Shown here in pieces: positions 26,467 to 41,790 of a stretch of 64,000 bases of DNA. Source of the DNA: the human T2T-CHM13v2.0 reference genome, Homo sapiens. The notes beneath the pieces were generated by a model that searched no databases, was not told where the DNA came from, and saw nothing but the letters and a program-made list of their open reading frames with translations. Within the stretch, counting starts at the first letter, position 1, and every line of letters starts with the position of its first letter. The DNA lies in assembly GCF_009914755.1 (NCBI RefSeq), contig NC_060948.1; one strand, given 5' to 3'. A program made the position numbers and the translations under genes.

Positions 26467-29400
26467 AATATGTGGGAGAGTGGCTACCCAGACTTCATCA
26501 GTACACAATGTATCCATGTTAACAAAATTGTACTTTTTTGTTATAATCACAAAGTAGTGAATATGAGGATAAAATAAAGGAATTGGCAGGGTAGATATCT
26601 AAAGAGATAATTGAGTCAAATATCACTCAGAGGCTTGAGTCTAAGTCACTACAAGTATGAAATTCAAAAAATTAGAAATGAGAGAAATATCACTCAGAGG
26701 CTTGAGTCTAAGTCACTAGAAGTATGAAATTTGAAAAATTAGAAATGAGAGATTTTGGTTAAATTTACAGAAAAGAAAACTTGTGAGGTGTAGCTAAAGC
26801 AGTGCCTTTAGAGGGAAATGTATGGTATTAAGTGCTTATATTAGAAAAGAAGAAAGGATTCAAATCAACAATGTAAGTTTCTACTTTAATAATTAGAAAT
26901 ATAAGAGCAAAATCAACCCAAAGTGTAGAAGGAAGAAAGTAATAACAAAGAGAATAAATGAAACTGAAAATAGAAAAACAAGAGAGAAAATCAGTGAAAC
27001 CAAGAGCTATTTGGAAATAGCTAATCTGATCAAGAAAAAAAGAGAGAAGACACAAATTACGTATATTAGAAATGAAAGAGGGAACATCACTATGGGTCCT
27101 ACATATACTAAAAGTGTAATAAGGAAATACTATGAACAATTTTAAGCCAAGAGATTTTACAACTTAAATGAAATTGACAATTGCCTTGAAAGACCAAATG
27201 ACCAAAATTTATTCAAAAAATAGAAAATCCAAATAGCATATTTTGTAAAGACATTGAATTCATAATCAATTAAAAATACCATTAAGCCAGATAGTTTTCA
27301 CTGGTGAATTCTATAAAACATTTAAGGAAAAAGTAACATCAATCTTACACAAATTATTTCAGAAATTAGAAAAGAAAGAGACAGTTCTCAATTTTTAGGC
27401 CAGTTCTCAATTTTTAGGCCAGTTTTACTCTGATTTAAAAAGCAGACTAAGTTATTGCAACAAAAGAAGGCTACAGAGTAACATCCCTTATGAACAAAAA
27501 TACAAAAGTATTTAACAAAATATTAACAAATTAGATCCAGCAAGATATATAAAGGATAATGCATCAGTACCAAGAGAAGTTTATCCTGGAAATGCAAGGG
27601 ACAAAGACATTAACATTTGAAAATAAATTGTTGAAATTCACCATATCATCAGAATAAAGGGGGAAACCATATGATCATCTTAATAGATGCAGAAATAGCA
27701 TCTGCAAAAAAAATTCAAGGCCAATTTATAATAATAATTTTTTTAAAGCCCTTAGCAAACTAGGGGAACTTCCTCAACCTGATAAAGGGCACCTACAACA
27801 AAAGCCCTACTGCTTTACCCTTAAGATTAGGAATAAATGGACATAGAAAGAAGGATGGCTACCAGAGGCTGGGAAGGGTAGCTGGGGGTTGGGAGGAGGC
27901 GGGGATAGTTAGTGGGTACAAAAAAAGTAGAAAGAATGAATAAGACCTACTATTTGATGGCACAATAGGGTGATTATAGTCGATAATAATTGTATATTTT
28001 TAAATAACTTAAATAACGTAATTGGATTATTAGTAACTCAAAGGATAAATGCTTGACAGGACAGATACCCCATTCTCTATGATGTGCTTATTTCACATTG
28101 CATGCGTGTATCAAAATATCTCATATACCTCATAAATATATACACCTATGTACCCATAAAAAATTTTTTTAATTAAAAATATATTAGGAACAAGGCAAGT
28201 ATGTCCACTCTTGTCATTTCTAGCCAACATTGTACTGAAAGTCCCAGCCATTGCAATAAGGTCCATATAAGAAATAAAAGACATTAAGATTGGAAAGGAA
28301 GAACCAAAACTATATCCACAAGTGACATTATTGTGTACATGGAATATCCTAATGAATCTCCAAAAGGGCTATTAAAATTGTAAGTGAGCAAGGTCACAAG
28401 ATACAAGACCAACATACAAAAGTCAATTGCATTTCCATAAACTAGCACATAACAATTGAATATTGAAATAAAAAGCAATTACTTTTAAAATAACATTCAA
28501 AAAACATGGATTACTTAAGGTTATATTTAATAAAATACATTGAAAACCTGCACATTTAAAACTGTAAACTTTGCTGCAGAAATTGAAGAAAAATAAATGG
28601 AGGCATATATCATATTCATAGCTCGGAAGACTCAGTAGTGTCAATCCTCCCAATATTAATTCATAAATTTAACTTGAAAGATACTGACAAGCTGGTACTA
28701 AAATTTATGTAGAAATACTAAGGATCTAGATATCAAAATGAATTTTCTAAAATAACAAATTGGTAATACACTACTTGAGATCAAAACTTACTACTAAACA
28801 CAGAGGAAGGTGTCAGGATAATTGCACAGGAAGAATGGTATATATGAAAATAAACATATGAGGGCAAAATGCACTGATCAAGTAAATGAGATGCTCTATC
28901 TGGAGTGAAGAGTTTAAAATATATTTTTGGACTAGAAAAATGAATTGGACCCAAATTGAAGATAATTTTAAATGTCCTGATGAAAGTTGTTAGAAAATTA
29001 GTTGTCTATAATATATAGAATGATACTTGAAAGAGGCAGGGATACAAGTTAAAATTGTTTTCATGAACCCATACACAAAGTAGTGAATATGAGGATAAAG
29101 AAAAAAATAGGCATGGTAAATATAAAAAGAGATAATTTAGTCAAATGTAATTCAGAGGTTGGAGTTTAAGTCACTAGAATTATGAAATTGGAAAAAAAAT
29201 AGAAGTGAGAGATTTAGTTTAAAAATGAATTCCATTTATAAATGTTTAATTTTATATCATTACAGTGTCAATCTGTTAATATAGAACAAGTGCTTTTCAA
29301 ATATAGATAGAAAGAATGGATTTGAGATATAGACTTGGAAATCGTGCACATAAAGGAGATAGTTGATGCTGTGAGAAGGGAAAGTATAAAGAGAGATGAG

Positions 29401-30661
29401 AACAGAAGTATTTGACCTAAGGTTTAAAAAATACCAACTTCTGATAGCAAGAACAGAAAGAATGAATCAAGTAGAAAGGAAGGAATCCTGGATTGTCTCT
29501 GTGTTAACTTACACTGCTGTATGTTTCCAGGACTAGGAAAACTGGAAATGAGCAGGTGAAAATCAGGAAACTAAAATAAATTATTTGTTTCTTTCTAAAA
29601 TGTCTGGTCAACCTTCGCCTGTTTTCCTTGACCTAATATTTACAGAGATGCTCAGTAAGTTCTAGTACTTAGTATATGGTCTAAGGTTTTTCTTGGTCTA
29701 AGGACATGAACTATGGATGAATGTAAGCCAAGGACTTTACAAGGCATATAGTTCTTTGCTCATCATAAGTTACAATAAAACTAAACAAAAAAATATGTTC
29801 CAAAGACTATAAAACTACAGAAATCAAGATAGTTTGGTGTTGGCAAAAAGATAGTCATATAGGTTAATGGCAGAGAATAAGGTATCTAGAAAGAGACCCG
29901 TATATTCATGGTCAATTGATTTTTCATGAAGGTGCCAAGGCAACTAAATGGAAAAAGGAGAATCTTTACAGCAGGTGGTGCAGGAACAACTAGATGTTCA
30001 TATGAAAAAAAAAGAAGCTTAACAACTTGACACTTACTTCATGCAAATAAAAATTAACTTGAAATGGAAAATAGAAAAAAAAGAGAAAAATCTTGACAAC
30101 CTTTGGGTAAGTAGATTTCTTAGGACACAAAAAGCATAAGCCATAAAAGAAAAAACACTGATAAATTGATTTCATCAAAATGTCAAAGTTTTATTCTTCC
30201 AAACATACTGTCAAAATAAAAAGACAAGTCGCAGATTGTGAGAAAATGTTTACAAAACAGTTATCTGACAAAGGATTTATATCCAAAGTATATAAAGAAC
30301 TCTCAAAACTCAATAGTAGTAATAACAGTAAGAATAGGAATAAGAATAAAAGAAAAACAGCCAGAAGGAAAGGTGAGCTAAAAATTTGAATGGGCCCTCT
30401 GTATAATTGCCATTTGTATATTTTCTTCTTTGTATAAAAGATGTACATTCAGTATTGCCGTCATTGGAAGAAGAAAAAAGATATACAAGTAACAAATAGG
30501 CACATGAAAACACCCTCTACAAAACAGTAGAATAGATAAAATAAAGGATGTAATGATACCCTCTATTGCTAAGGATGTGGAGAAGCTGAAACTCACATCT
30601 TATCTGTGAGAATATTAAATAGTACAACCACTTTGGAAAATATTTCAGCAGTTTGTGTGTG

Positions 30662-30996
<335 letters not shown>

Positions 30997-31167
30997 TAAA
31001 CATATGCTTTTCGTATGACCTTGTGATTCCACTCCTAGGTATTTATTCCAGATAAATACAAACATAGTTCCATAAGAAGATATGTACTTGTATATATCAG
31101 CTTTATCTATACTAGCCCTAACTTGGAAACAACCCAAGTTTCCAGCAACAGATAAAATGGATAAACA

Positions 31168-32063
<896 letters not shown>

Positions 32064-32349
32064 ATTATCACCTGGAGCAAGTCATTTTTAAATGCGCTCC
32101 TTCTTTGTATGAGAAAATTATTTTCAATGATAATTATGTACATAATCTGTACCTAACCTGTAAAAATTGTTATTTTGTTTTTATTTAGTTTTAAACCAAA
32201 AATTGATTTTAAAAGACTAAATTTCAATCTTAAACATATTCAAGAAGTAAAACATATCATGTGTGAACTAAAAATTTCACTTATCTAGCAAAAATAGTCT
32301 ATCTCACAGCTCATACTGTGTTCTATTGCTTTGATTTTTAAATGTTTTT

Positions 32350-33172
32350 ACTTTTTTTTATTTCAATAGCTTTTGGGATATACAGGTTTTTGGTACATGG
32401 ATGAATTATATAGTGGTAAATTCTGAGATTTTAGTGCACTCATCACCCGAGTAGTGCACATTGTACTCAATATGTAGTTTTTTTATCCCTCATCCGCCTG
32501 CCCCCTCCCCCTTTCTGAGTCTTCAATGTCCATTTTACCACTCTGTATGCCTTTGCATACCCATCGCTTAACTCCCACTTGTACGTGTGAATATATGGTA
32601 TTTGGTTTCCCATTCCTGAGTTACCTCACTTAGAATAATGACCTCCAACTTCATCCAAGTTGCTGCAAAAGACATTATTTCGCTCTTTTTTTCTGGCTAA
32701 GTAGTATTCCATGGTGTATATATACCACATTTTCTTTATCCATTCACCAGTTGATGGGTTGGTTCTTAGGTTAGTTCTATATCTTTGTAATTGTGATTGT
32801 GCTGTGATAAACATACAAGTACAGGTGTCTTTGATACAATGACTTCTTTCCCTTTGAGTAGATACCCAGTAGTGGGATTGTTGGATTGAATGGTAGATCT
32901 ACTTTTAGTTCTTTGAGAAATATCCATACTGTTTTCCATAGAGGTTGTACTAATTTACATTCCTACCAGTAGTGTTAAGCCTTTTCTTTTCACCATATCC
33001 ACACTAACATCTATTGTTTTTTGACTTTTTAATAATTGCTATTCTGGCTGGGGTAAGGTGGTATCTCATTATGGTTTTAATTTGCATTTCCTTGATGATT
33101 AATTATGTTGAGCATTTTTTTCATACATTTCTTGGCCATTTGTATATCTTTTTTGAGAAGTGTCTATTTATA
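32350..33172 (-). mobile_element. L1PB/L1MA 3' fragment
   Basis: ORF 32626-32814 WIKKMWYIYTMEYY; L1 3'UTR. Confidence 0.85.
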
Positions 33173-33368
33173 TCAAAACTCCAAGTGACCAAACAAAATT
33201 ATGAAATTGAAATAACTCAAGTTTTTTTCTTAATCTTTACAATCACTGTGCTGTCATTGTTTCAGATCCACAATTTAAATGCAGAAATATGTAGTACTAA
33301 AGAGGTTGGATGACACAAACTGCCCTCAGTGGGCTTGAATGATTAGAGACCACTGTAAACTGACTCCC

Positions 33369-33788
33369 TGTATTAGGAAGTTCTTGCATTGCTACAAAGA
33401 AATACCTGGGACTAGGTAATTTATAAAGAAAAGAGGTTTAACTTGCTATGGTTCTGCAGACTTTATAGGAAGTGTGGTGCTGACATCTGTTTGGCTTCTA
33501 GGGAGGCCTCAGGAAGCTTTACAATCGTGATGTAAGGTGAAGGGGGAACAGGCACGTCACACTGTGAAAGCAGGAGCAACAGCAAAAAGGGGGAGGTGCC
33601 ATACACTTTTAAATGCCCAGATCTTGTGAGAACTCACTCACTATCACAGTACCAAGGGGATGGTACTAAACCATTTATGAGAAAACCACCCCCATGATCC
33701 AATCACCTCCCACCAGGCCCCACCTCCAACATTGGAGATTACAATTCAATATGAGATGTGGGTGGGGACACAGATCCAAACCGTATCA
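33369..33788 (-). mobile_element. MST (MSTA-like) MaLR solo LTR
   Basis: tgtattagg..atccaaaccgtatca termini; 5-bp TSD CTCCC at 33364-33368 and 33789-33793. Confidence 0.88.
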
Positions 33789-36497
33789 CTCCCCAAATGA
33801 ATGTGTGTAGCTGAGTCTACATATGTCATGGGCTGACTGCAGAATTGGCCTTACTCTGAATTAATTTATATCTAGAATTAAAGGTTAAATGATCAAAATA
33901 TGCTAACTTGAAGGTTACATTTAAATTGTTAATAGTCAACAATAACAGTATCGAATGTCCAGAATTTAGCCCAACAAAAGAGTTTTAATCAACAAAAGGG
34001 TAGGAAAGAATCATATTAAGCAAATATTAGGAAAAGAAAACTGGTATACCTACATTAATTTCAGATAAAACATACTTTTCTACAAAAATACTATTAGGTA
34101 TAGAGAGGATCACTACCTAATGGTAAATGTTCAATTCACTGCAAAGTTAGAGAAATTTTAAACATATTAGTACCTAATAAATAGCCTCAAAAATATGAAG
34201 CAAAAAATTGATAGAATTGCAGGGATAAATGAACAAACATACTACATAGAGAGAGATATTAATACTCCTCTTTCAATTAGGTCAAGGCAATAAAAAATTC
34301 AGAAGAATATATAAGATATCTTTATCGCAACTAAGAAGTTTGACTTAAACTTACTAATGCTGACCCCCAACATATAAAGAGTTTGAATAGTCTTTGAAAC
34401 ATAAAATGAATTAAAGCAGTATTTTAAAATAGTCCTACAAAGAAAACACCTTTTTTGTACAGGCAAGTTCAACTACATTTTGAGAAGATCATCTAAATTT
34501 TAATCAAACTCTTCTAACAATAGAAAAGAAGGAAAGCTTCTAACTTATTAAAGCAGCATAATCATGATATGAAAACCAAAGATATTACATGAAAGGAAAA
34601 TGACATGTCCACTTTATTTATGAATATAAATGCACAAGTTCTACATGAAATATTACTAACTGAATTTAATGGTTCATTTTATGTTAGGGATGTAAACGTA
34701 GCTTAATATTAGAAGGCGTATAAAGGTAATTGACTAAACTAACAGATTAAAAGAAAAAACTGCATGATAATTTATTATAGAAAAAGTTTATGATAACATT
34801 TTGACTGTGGAAAACAATGCAGTTTATTTTCCACTGGTCAGGAACAAGAAAAATATAGTCCTGATGAGTGCCATCAGCCATCCTATGACTTTAAAGACAG
34901 CCGTTCTTAAAATGATTCTGACTCTGTGGATGGCAGAATTCAAGGGAGAGATTTAAACAAGAGATATACATTTTGTATTATCAGCATATAGATGGTATTT
35001 AGAGCTATAAGACTGATTGAGGGAGGGGAATGAATGTAGATAGAGAAGAATAGAGATGCAAGGATGGAACCCCAACGTTTGTAAGTTACTCAGTGAGCCT
35101 TATGGGAATCAGCTGAAACTTATCTTAAAGGGCCAGAGTGAAAAAAGAGAATAAATTCAGTGACCCTAACAAACAAGCAAATCCCAGGTTCTCTAGGAGT
35201 CAGAACCATATAAAACGAAGGGTTCATAAATGCCTAAAGATATATGCTCAGGCATGCTCAGGTGTTGGATTTCTGTAATCCAGGGGAGGATGCTATTTCT
35301 GAGAAAGACTAGACTAAGTTTTCCTCCAGGGGAGGAGAATATCTGTCACCTAGGCTCAAAGGGATAAATTGGGTAGGTCTGAGGATGGGGTTAAAGTCAA
35401 AATGGTCATGTCATTTTATAGGTTTAATTTTCAGTATTGCCTATACCTAAGGTTGGGGTGGAAGAATAAGTAGATACAAGAAAATTTTCCCTAGGGATTA
35501 CCAGGAGTGCTGATTGAAAGTAAATTAAGGAAAAAATGAACTGCATTTTCTATCATATGTGTTTCCAAAATTAACTGCCCTATGGATATCTTATGTAAAA
35601 TGGTAGCCAGAGGACAGAGGTGAATTAGAACAGTTGCACAGGGAAACATAGGGACCCTGATATATGTTTATTTTTAATTAGACACCACACGGGTTAATTA
35701 TATGGGGTCATTAGAAGAATAACTGCTCCAGATTCTCTCTCTGGTATGTGCAAAAGTGATGAGCCACAATAGCAGATGTACTTTCCCAGCAACAAAAATA
35801 CTAAACCCTACAGTTTAAGTAGAACACCACTAAACTGGAATTGGTCCAGAATATAAGGAAAGTGATAGGATGGGAAATCAAATAGGTGCAGGAGTTTTTA
35901 GCCTGAAGAAAGAAATGATTCCAGGGTAGCAGGACCATTGTCTACAAATATTCAAAAAGTTGCCATGTAAAAGATGAGAGACAATTGATTTGTGTATCTT
36001 TAGTGGCAAAAGGAACCAGTTGAAGTTGTGAAGCTGATTATTTAACATCAACATAAGGTACAGTTCTAGTTGTCCAACAATTGAATAGTCTGCCTCATTA
36101 AGTAATGGGCTCCCATTCAAACAACACTTAAGAAGATATAGAATGATTCTTACTTGGGATGCTGGTGAGCTTATTACAGCATTGAATAGCTGTTGGATGA
36201 GAGAAACTTTAAGATCTAATTTCAGACTCTTTTACTTTATGAAAAAATACTCTTTCATTTTATTGAATTCAACCCCACATGTCATCAATGGAATTTGTAT
36301 TCCCTTGAAGATTTATGTCATCGCAGTTTTCTTTTCCTTTCTTTCAAATAATTAACAAAACCATTGAAAGACACAATATGGCCTTTCAGACATTTAGCAA
36401 TCTATGAAGGAAAACAATTTGGACACAATTGCACATGATAAGTATGCAAAGTGTTTAGTGAATTAATCTGCTATGACTTTCTTTAAAAATACCATTC

Positions 36498-36793
<296 letters not shown>

Positions 36794-39504
36794 TCAGCCC
36801 CACATTCATTATCTTATTCACAAGAATAGTATCCAAATACATTTAATATACCAAACTAGAAGCCTATCAAGAAATGGAAATAATAACAATAAAAACAGCT
36901 AAGACAGTAATAATTTACCATGTACCAGGTAATCTTTTAAACCTTTTGCATATATGACTTTACCACACCCCCTGAAGTAAATAATATTGTTAGCTTCATC
37001 TTAAAAATGAGGAAACAGAAGGATAAAGAATGTATGCATCTTGCTCAAGCACAGACAGCGACTAAATTGTAGAGCCAGGATTCAAACCCAGGAAGTCCTG
37101 CTCCCTAGCCGGTGTTACTAATAACTTCACTCTATAGTTTGGCATAACTTGGTTCAAGATGGTTACATGTAATTACTCCCACTCTTCTAAATTAGAAAAA
37201 AAAGATGATTTTTACAAGTAACATGTAAATATCTTTTCATTATAAAATTAAAACATTACTTATAAAGCTAAAAAGTTATCTTGATTAGCCTCCAAACCCA
37301 GTATCCTACCCAAATATAGCCAATGTTATCTGATTGTTCTATATTATTTGAAGTATTTTTAAATTTTTATACATATATACAAATATATGCATACACATGT
37401 GCACATATACAGGTTTTTTAAAGGTATAAAATAGAAATAAAAGTATTCCTCTGCAACTTGCTTTCCTTATTCAACAATATATCTTGAAGACCTTTTAGTT
37501 ATAGTACATAGAGCTATCCCACATTCTTTTTAACTGTTGCATAATATTCATAGTATGGAAATATTTTTAATTTAGCCATTCCCATGTTGATGGACATTTA
37601 GGTTGCTTCAATTATTTTGCTGTTATAAACAAGGCTGTGGGAGAGTCCTTGTGTATGTCTGTTTTTGCCCATGTGCAAATATTACCTTAAGGTAGACACA
37701 GAGAAGTGGAATTGCTTGGCCACTTGGGGATGTGCATTTTAATTTTAAGGCATATTGCTAAGTTGTCATCCAAAATAGCTGAACAAACTTACACTCCTTT
37801 TAGGAGTGGGCGAAACTGCAGAAAACAGAATAGCATCTACCTAATCTAGGAAGTGTTGAAGAAATAGATTAAAGATGACATATTAAAGACATATTAAAGA
37901 TAAGATCACATAGAGAGTGTGTAAACTATGGAATCTGGTGACATCCAAAAACATATCTCCAATCTGACCTCTCAGCTGAATACCTGACTTATGTGTCCAA
38001 CCATCTGCTTGGTATCTATTCTTCTATGTCTAGTAGGCATTTCAAATCTAATGTATCAAAAACAGAACTTGTAATCTGCCACACTCCCCTTGGCCTGATA
38101 AAAACCTGTTTCTTTCTCTGGCTTTCCTATATCACTAACTGGTATCACCATGCACCTAATTGCTCCAGCCAAAAACCTAGGTTTTTAGCCAATAGTGCTC
38201 CCTCTACAGCCACCACCTACCACCCCACATTTTGAAATAAGACCAAGATGTATCATTTCATCCATAAATATTTCAGCAAGTACCTCTAAAAGATAGGGAC
38301 TAATTTTTAAACATAATCACAATATCACATCTAAAGATAACTATTCCTTAATCATATCTAAAGATACTGTATCTAAGGGTAAGTATTCCTTAATATCATA
38401 TAATATCCATTTACTATCAAAATTTCTCTGGTTGTCTCCTACATTTTTTACAGTTTGTTTGCTTGAATCAGGATCCAAAGAAGGTGGATATATTGGAGTC
38501 GATTATTATATCTCTTTAATCTTTTAATTATAGGTTTCACTTCTCTTCTCCTTCCTTTTAATGTCTTTGTGGAAGAACCAGTTGTTTGTCCTGTAAAATT
38601 TCCCACACTCTGGATTTTGCTAATTGCTCCTTCCCCAAGGTGTCTTCCTTAACTCAGTAACTGATATCACCACTCACCAGTTCCTCTGACCCTGTATTTC
38701 CTATAGGTTGGTGTAGAGGTTTATCAGATACAAATGCAAATTTTAGCAAGAATAAATCATACGTGGTGTCCTTTATACTTCCTACTGCATCACGTCAGGA
38801 GGCACATATGTCTGGTTGTCTCTCTTTTTTTGTTAGGTTAACACTAATTAGTTTGTTCATGTATTGTCACCCTGATCTATCTATTATAAACTTCCCAATT
38901 AACTTTTCACCTAATAATTTTAGCAGTTTTTGATGATCTTTGCCTATAGCTGTCATTTCATTATAGTTTGCAAAGTGGTACTATCCTGTCATCCTTCCTG
39001 CATTTATAAACTGGGATTCCTCTATAAAGAAGAACTTTTCCATATCAACTATTTGGTTACCCTGAAGTACTTTCGTCAAGAAAGGCAGAATAAATGTTTG
39101 ATTCTTTTTTATTTACCCATTATAATGGATGGTTATTTCTGAAATAATGGGATGTAACAAATAACCCCCCAAATCTCAGTGACTTACAAGTATTTATTTC
39201 TTGTTCTTAGTCATTTGTGGTTTCTGTGGGCTCTACTGGGCTTGGCTAGGCTTGGCTCCAGAATAAGGGTTGAATTCAAGTCTGCCCCGTGCATCTTATT
39301 ACTGTGTGATCGCATCGAAGGCTACCCAGGGCATATTCTTTTCATGGAAGATAACAGAAGTACAAGAACAAACAAGTACATCGAAAGCCTCTGCTTGCAC
39401 CACGTCCACTCACATTCCAATATACAACATAAGTTATACAGCCAAGCCAAATATACTAGAATGTTGTATTGTCTACCTTTATACTAGAGTGTTGAGCTCA
39501 AAAC

Positions 39505-40042
39505 TGTTGGGGTGATCGGACCCAGCACCAGGTTGTGGGGGTGATGAAGTCCAGTGGAGTCAAAGGAATGAGAAAAGACAGTTTGAGAAAGTGGGTCCAG
39601 GCGGCCATTGCTAAGTATGGAGGCTGCAAAGTCCCCGAGCTCTGGAAGTCCAGACGATTTATTAGTGATCAGACAAAGAAACAGGTGGTGAAAATGTGGG
39701 GGTCGAAAGGATATGTTGCATTAAGCACATGATTTACAGCTGTGATGGTTTAGCATTGATATGGCCAATTCTAAGACACAATCAATCTAGGAGCCTGAGA
39801 GGGCTAGAAGCAAGGAGCCAGCAAGTCTAGACACATTCCAGAGGCCATGAAGGGTTTTATGCCCTGGGCTTAGATTATGGTGCATCAGGGTAGCCTTCCA
39901 CCCTTTAGCACAGAGCTTGGTGTTCCAAAGGCCACGAGAGGTTTTAGACCCTGGACCTTGGACATGTTCCAAGACTCTTTTACATTATTTCAGACATGCA
40001 AGCCCTGCCTCTGTTTCTCCCAACACTCAGCTTCTCCCAACA
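39505..40042 (-). mobile_element. 3' LTR (LTR14-type), 538 bp
   Basis: Direct repeat of 42187-42770; minus-strand AATAAA at 39658-39663; preceded by the PPT. Confidence 0.9.
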
Positions 40043-40044
40043 TG

Positions 40045-40061
40045 CCCCCCTTTTCTTTTTT
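40045..40061 (-). promoter_or_regulatory. Polypurine tract AAAAAAGAAAAGGGGGG
   Basis: Lies 2 nt upstream of the 3' LTR on the minus strand. Confidence 0.92.
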
Positions 40062-40146
40062 GTAAAACCGCCACAGCTATCATTGCTTGTTCTTGATGGC
40101 AGCTTTCTCTTCGGAGGTGGCTTCCTCTTCAGAGGCGGCTTCCTCT

Positions 40147-40635
40147 TCAGAGGCAGCTTCCACATCTGCAGACTAAAAGGAGACAGCACAAGCATACAAC
40201 CACCAGAAAAAAATCCACAAACGTAGAGCCTCCAATGGCCTTCAACTGTAAATCTTTTGGAATGGGATAAGAGTTTTTAAGGATCTCAGTTGCAATATAA
40301 ATAGAGGGCGATGTCTCCCATGGTCTATTTAGAGACACAGGGATCCAAACTCCTTCCCTGGCTTTAATTATCAAGATAATTTGATTTTTATCAAAGGTTG
40401 AATTAATGCAGGTAAACAAGCGACATTCGGGGCATGTAATAAAATGTGTATTTATATCAAGAGTAACATTTCCTATTGCTAGCGCAACTTTGAATCCAAA
40501 AGGTCCTGTCGGAGAGAAAAGAAAGAGCATCTTTATCCTTCCTTGCCTCCTCCTCTCTATTCCTTTTATATTTGCCCTCTCAGATTTTGATTGGACTTTG
40601 AGCCATAGCTAATTTCCATAATTCAGAATGTTCCT
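40147..40635 (-). pseudogene. Betaretroviral env remnant (SU C-terminus joined to the TM anchor; TM ectodomain deleted)
   Basis: EHSELWKLAM..CRLFTCINSTF..AREGVWIPVSLNRPWETSPS..[frameshifted HSKR/F]..IGGSTFVDFFLVVVCLCCLLLVCRC resembles HERV-K Env. Confidence 0.88.
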
Positions 40636-40639
40636 GTCT

Positions 40640-40905
40640 GTCCCTGCAAATCTCTGCTAGTCTTCACTACTCACTACTCTCTACTTCTGTACCTCTTTAA
40701 GGCACTGACCAGAACCTCTTTAGGGCACTGACCTTATATTACTAGTCTTTACTATTGTACCTCTTTAGGGCACTGACTTTATATTGCTAGTCTTCACCTA
40801 TCTCTATCTGTCCCTGCCTGTCTCTATGGTACCTGTTAGTTCCTGCAAGTTCCCGTCTTTCCCTACTTAGCTGTACTTACTTAGCTCTACTTACTTAGCT
40901 CTACC
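40640..40905. repeat. Proviral internal tandem repeats
   Basis: ~14-bp (ttacttagctctac) x~3 and ~40-45-bp (gcactgacyttatattrctagtctt..tgtacctctttagg) x~3. Confidence 0.8.
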
Positions 40906-41790
40906 TCTTCCTGGAAACCTTTTTTATGACCCTGGGTAGAGCTCAGAAATCCACCCTTTAAGCTTCAGCAGGAGACAAAACAGGGACCCTGGACCCGGCA
41001 CCAGATTGAAGGGAACAGGAAGTGCTCTCCCCTCCCCAAAGCAGGAAAACCAGAGTTTGGCCCTTGCAAATTTCCACTCCACATCAGCGTCATCCTCAAT
41101 TTCCTGGAGTGAACTGTTGATCATTGCAATTAACATATTTAGCAAAACAATGACCATTGTAACATCATAGACTCCATAAAGAACATAACCAATGTTTTCA
41201 ATGAATTTGTGGCTATAGTTGATGACCACTGATTTCACTGCAGAAAGCACAAATGTAGCCCAGAACAGTGTCTTAAAACTCTCTTCAACTGTTGTGAAGG
41301 CTTCATTTTGTTTTACATCAATGTAGTAGGAGTAGAGGTTGAACATTCCAATCATAAAGGCCACAAACACCATAATGAATATGAGCATGAACCTGAAGAT
41401 GTCTTTGACTGCTCCTCCAAGCGACATCTGCAGAGGTCCAAAGCTTTCATTTGCTGGCAAAATACAAGCTATCCCAGAGAAACTCAAAACCACAGCAACT
41501 GCACAAAGACCTTCAGACACCATACGAGGATCCGAGGGGTCCCACTCCCTCCTGGCCAAACTGTAGTATTTCACATTATCTCCCAATGTTACTTTTGTCA
41601 AGTCCTTCAAAGTATCACTTGCATCAGTGATGCTCTGGGCTTTGGAAGCATGCCAGAATGCCCTGAATCTTGCAATGAATGATGCTGATAAAATTGCTAA
41701 CATACCAAAATCAAGCATGTTCCACAACTCAAACAAATATTCCTTGGGGCCTTGAGTCCAAATTTCTTTACATTCAGCCCATATCATGCC
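40900..41790 (-). pseudogene. TRPC6P: Intronless TRPC6 fragment (S2-S6, pore, TRP box) within the 304-codon ORF 41838-40924
   Basis: [48 protein letters not shown]; no introns; +1 frameshift near 40935 before HKKGFQE. Confidence 0.95.

Noticed and set aside
27382-27419. 19-bp perfect tandem duplication
   Set aside because: Ordinary slippage inside a dead L1
40640-40905. Repeat-spacer-like pattern suggesting CRISPR
   Set aside because: Primate DNA; degenerate proviral tandem repeats without unique spacers or cas genes
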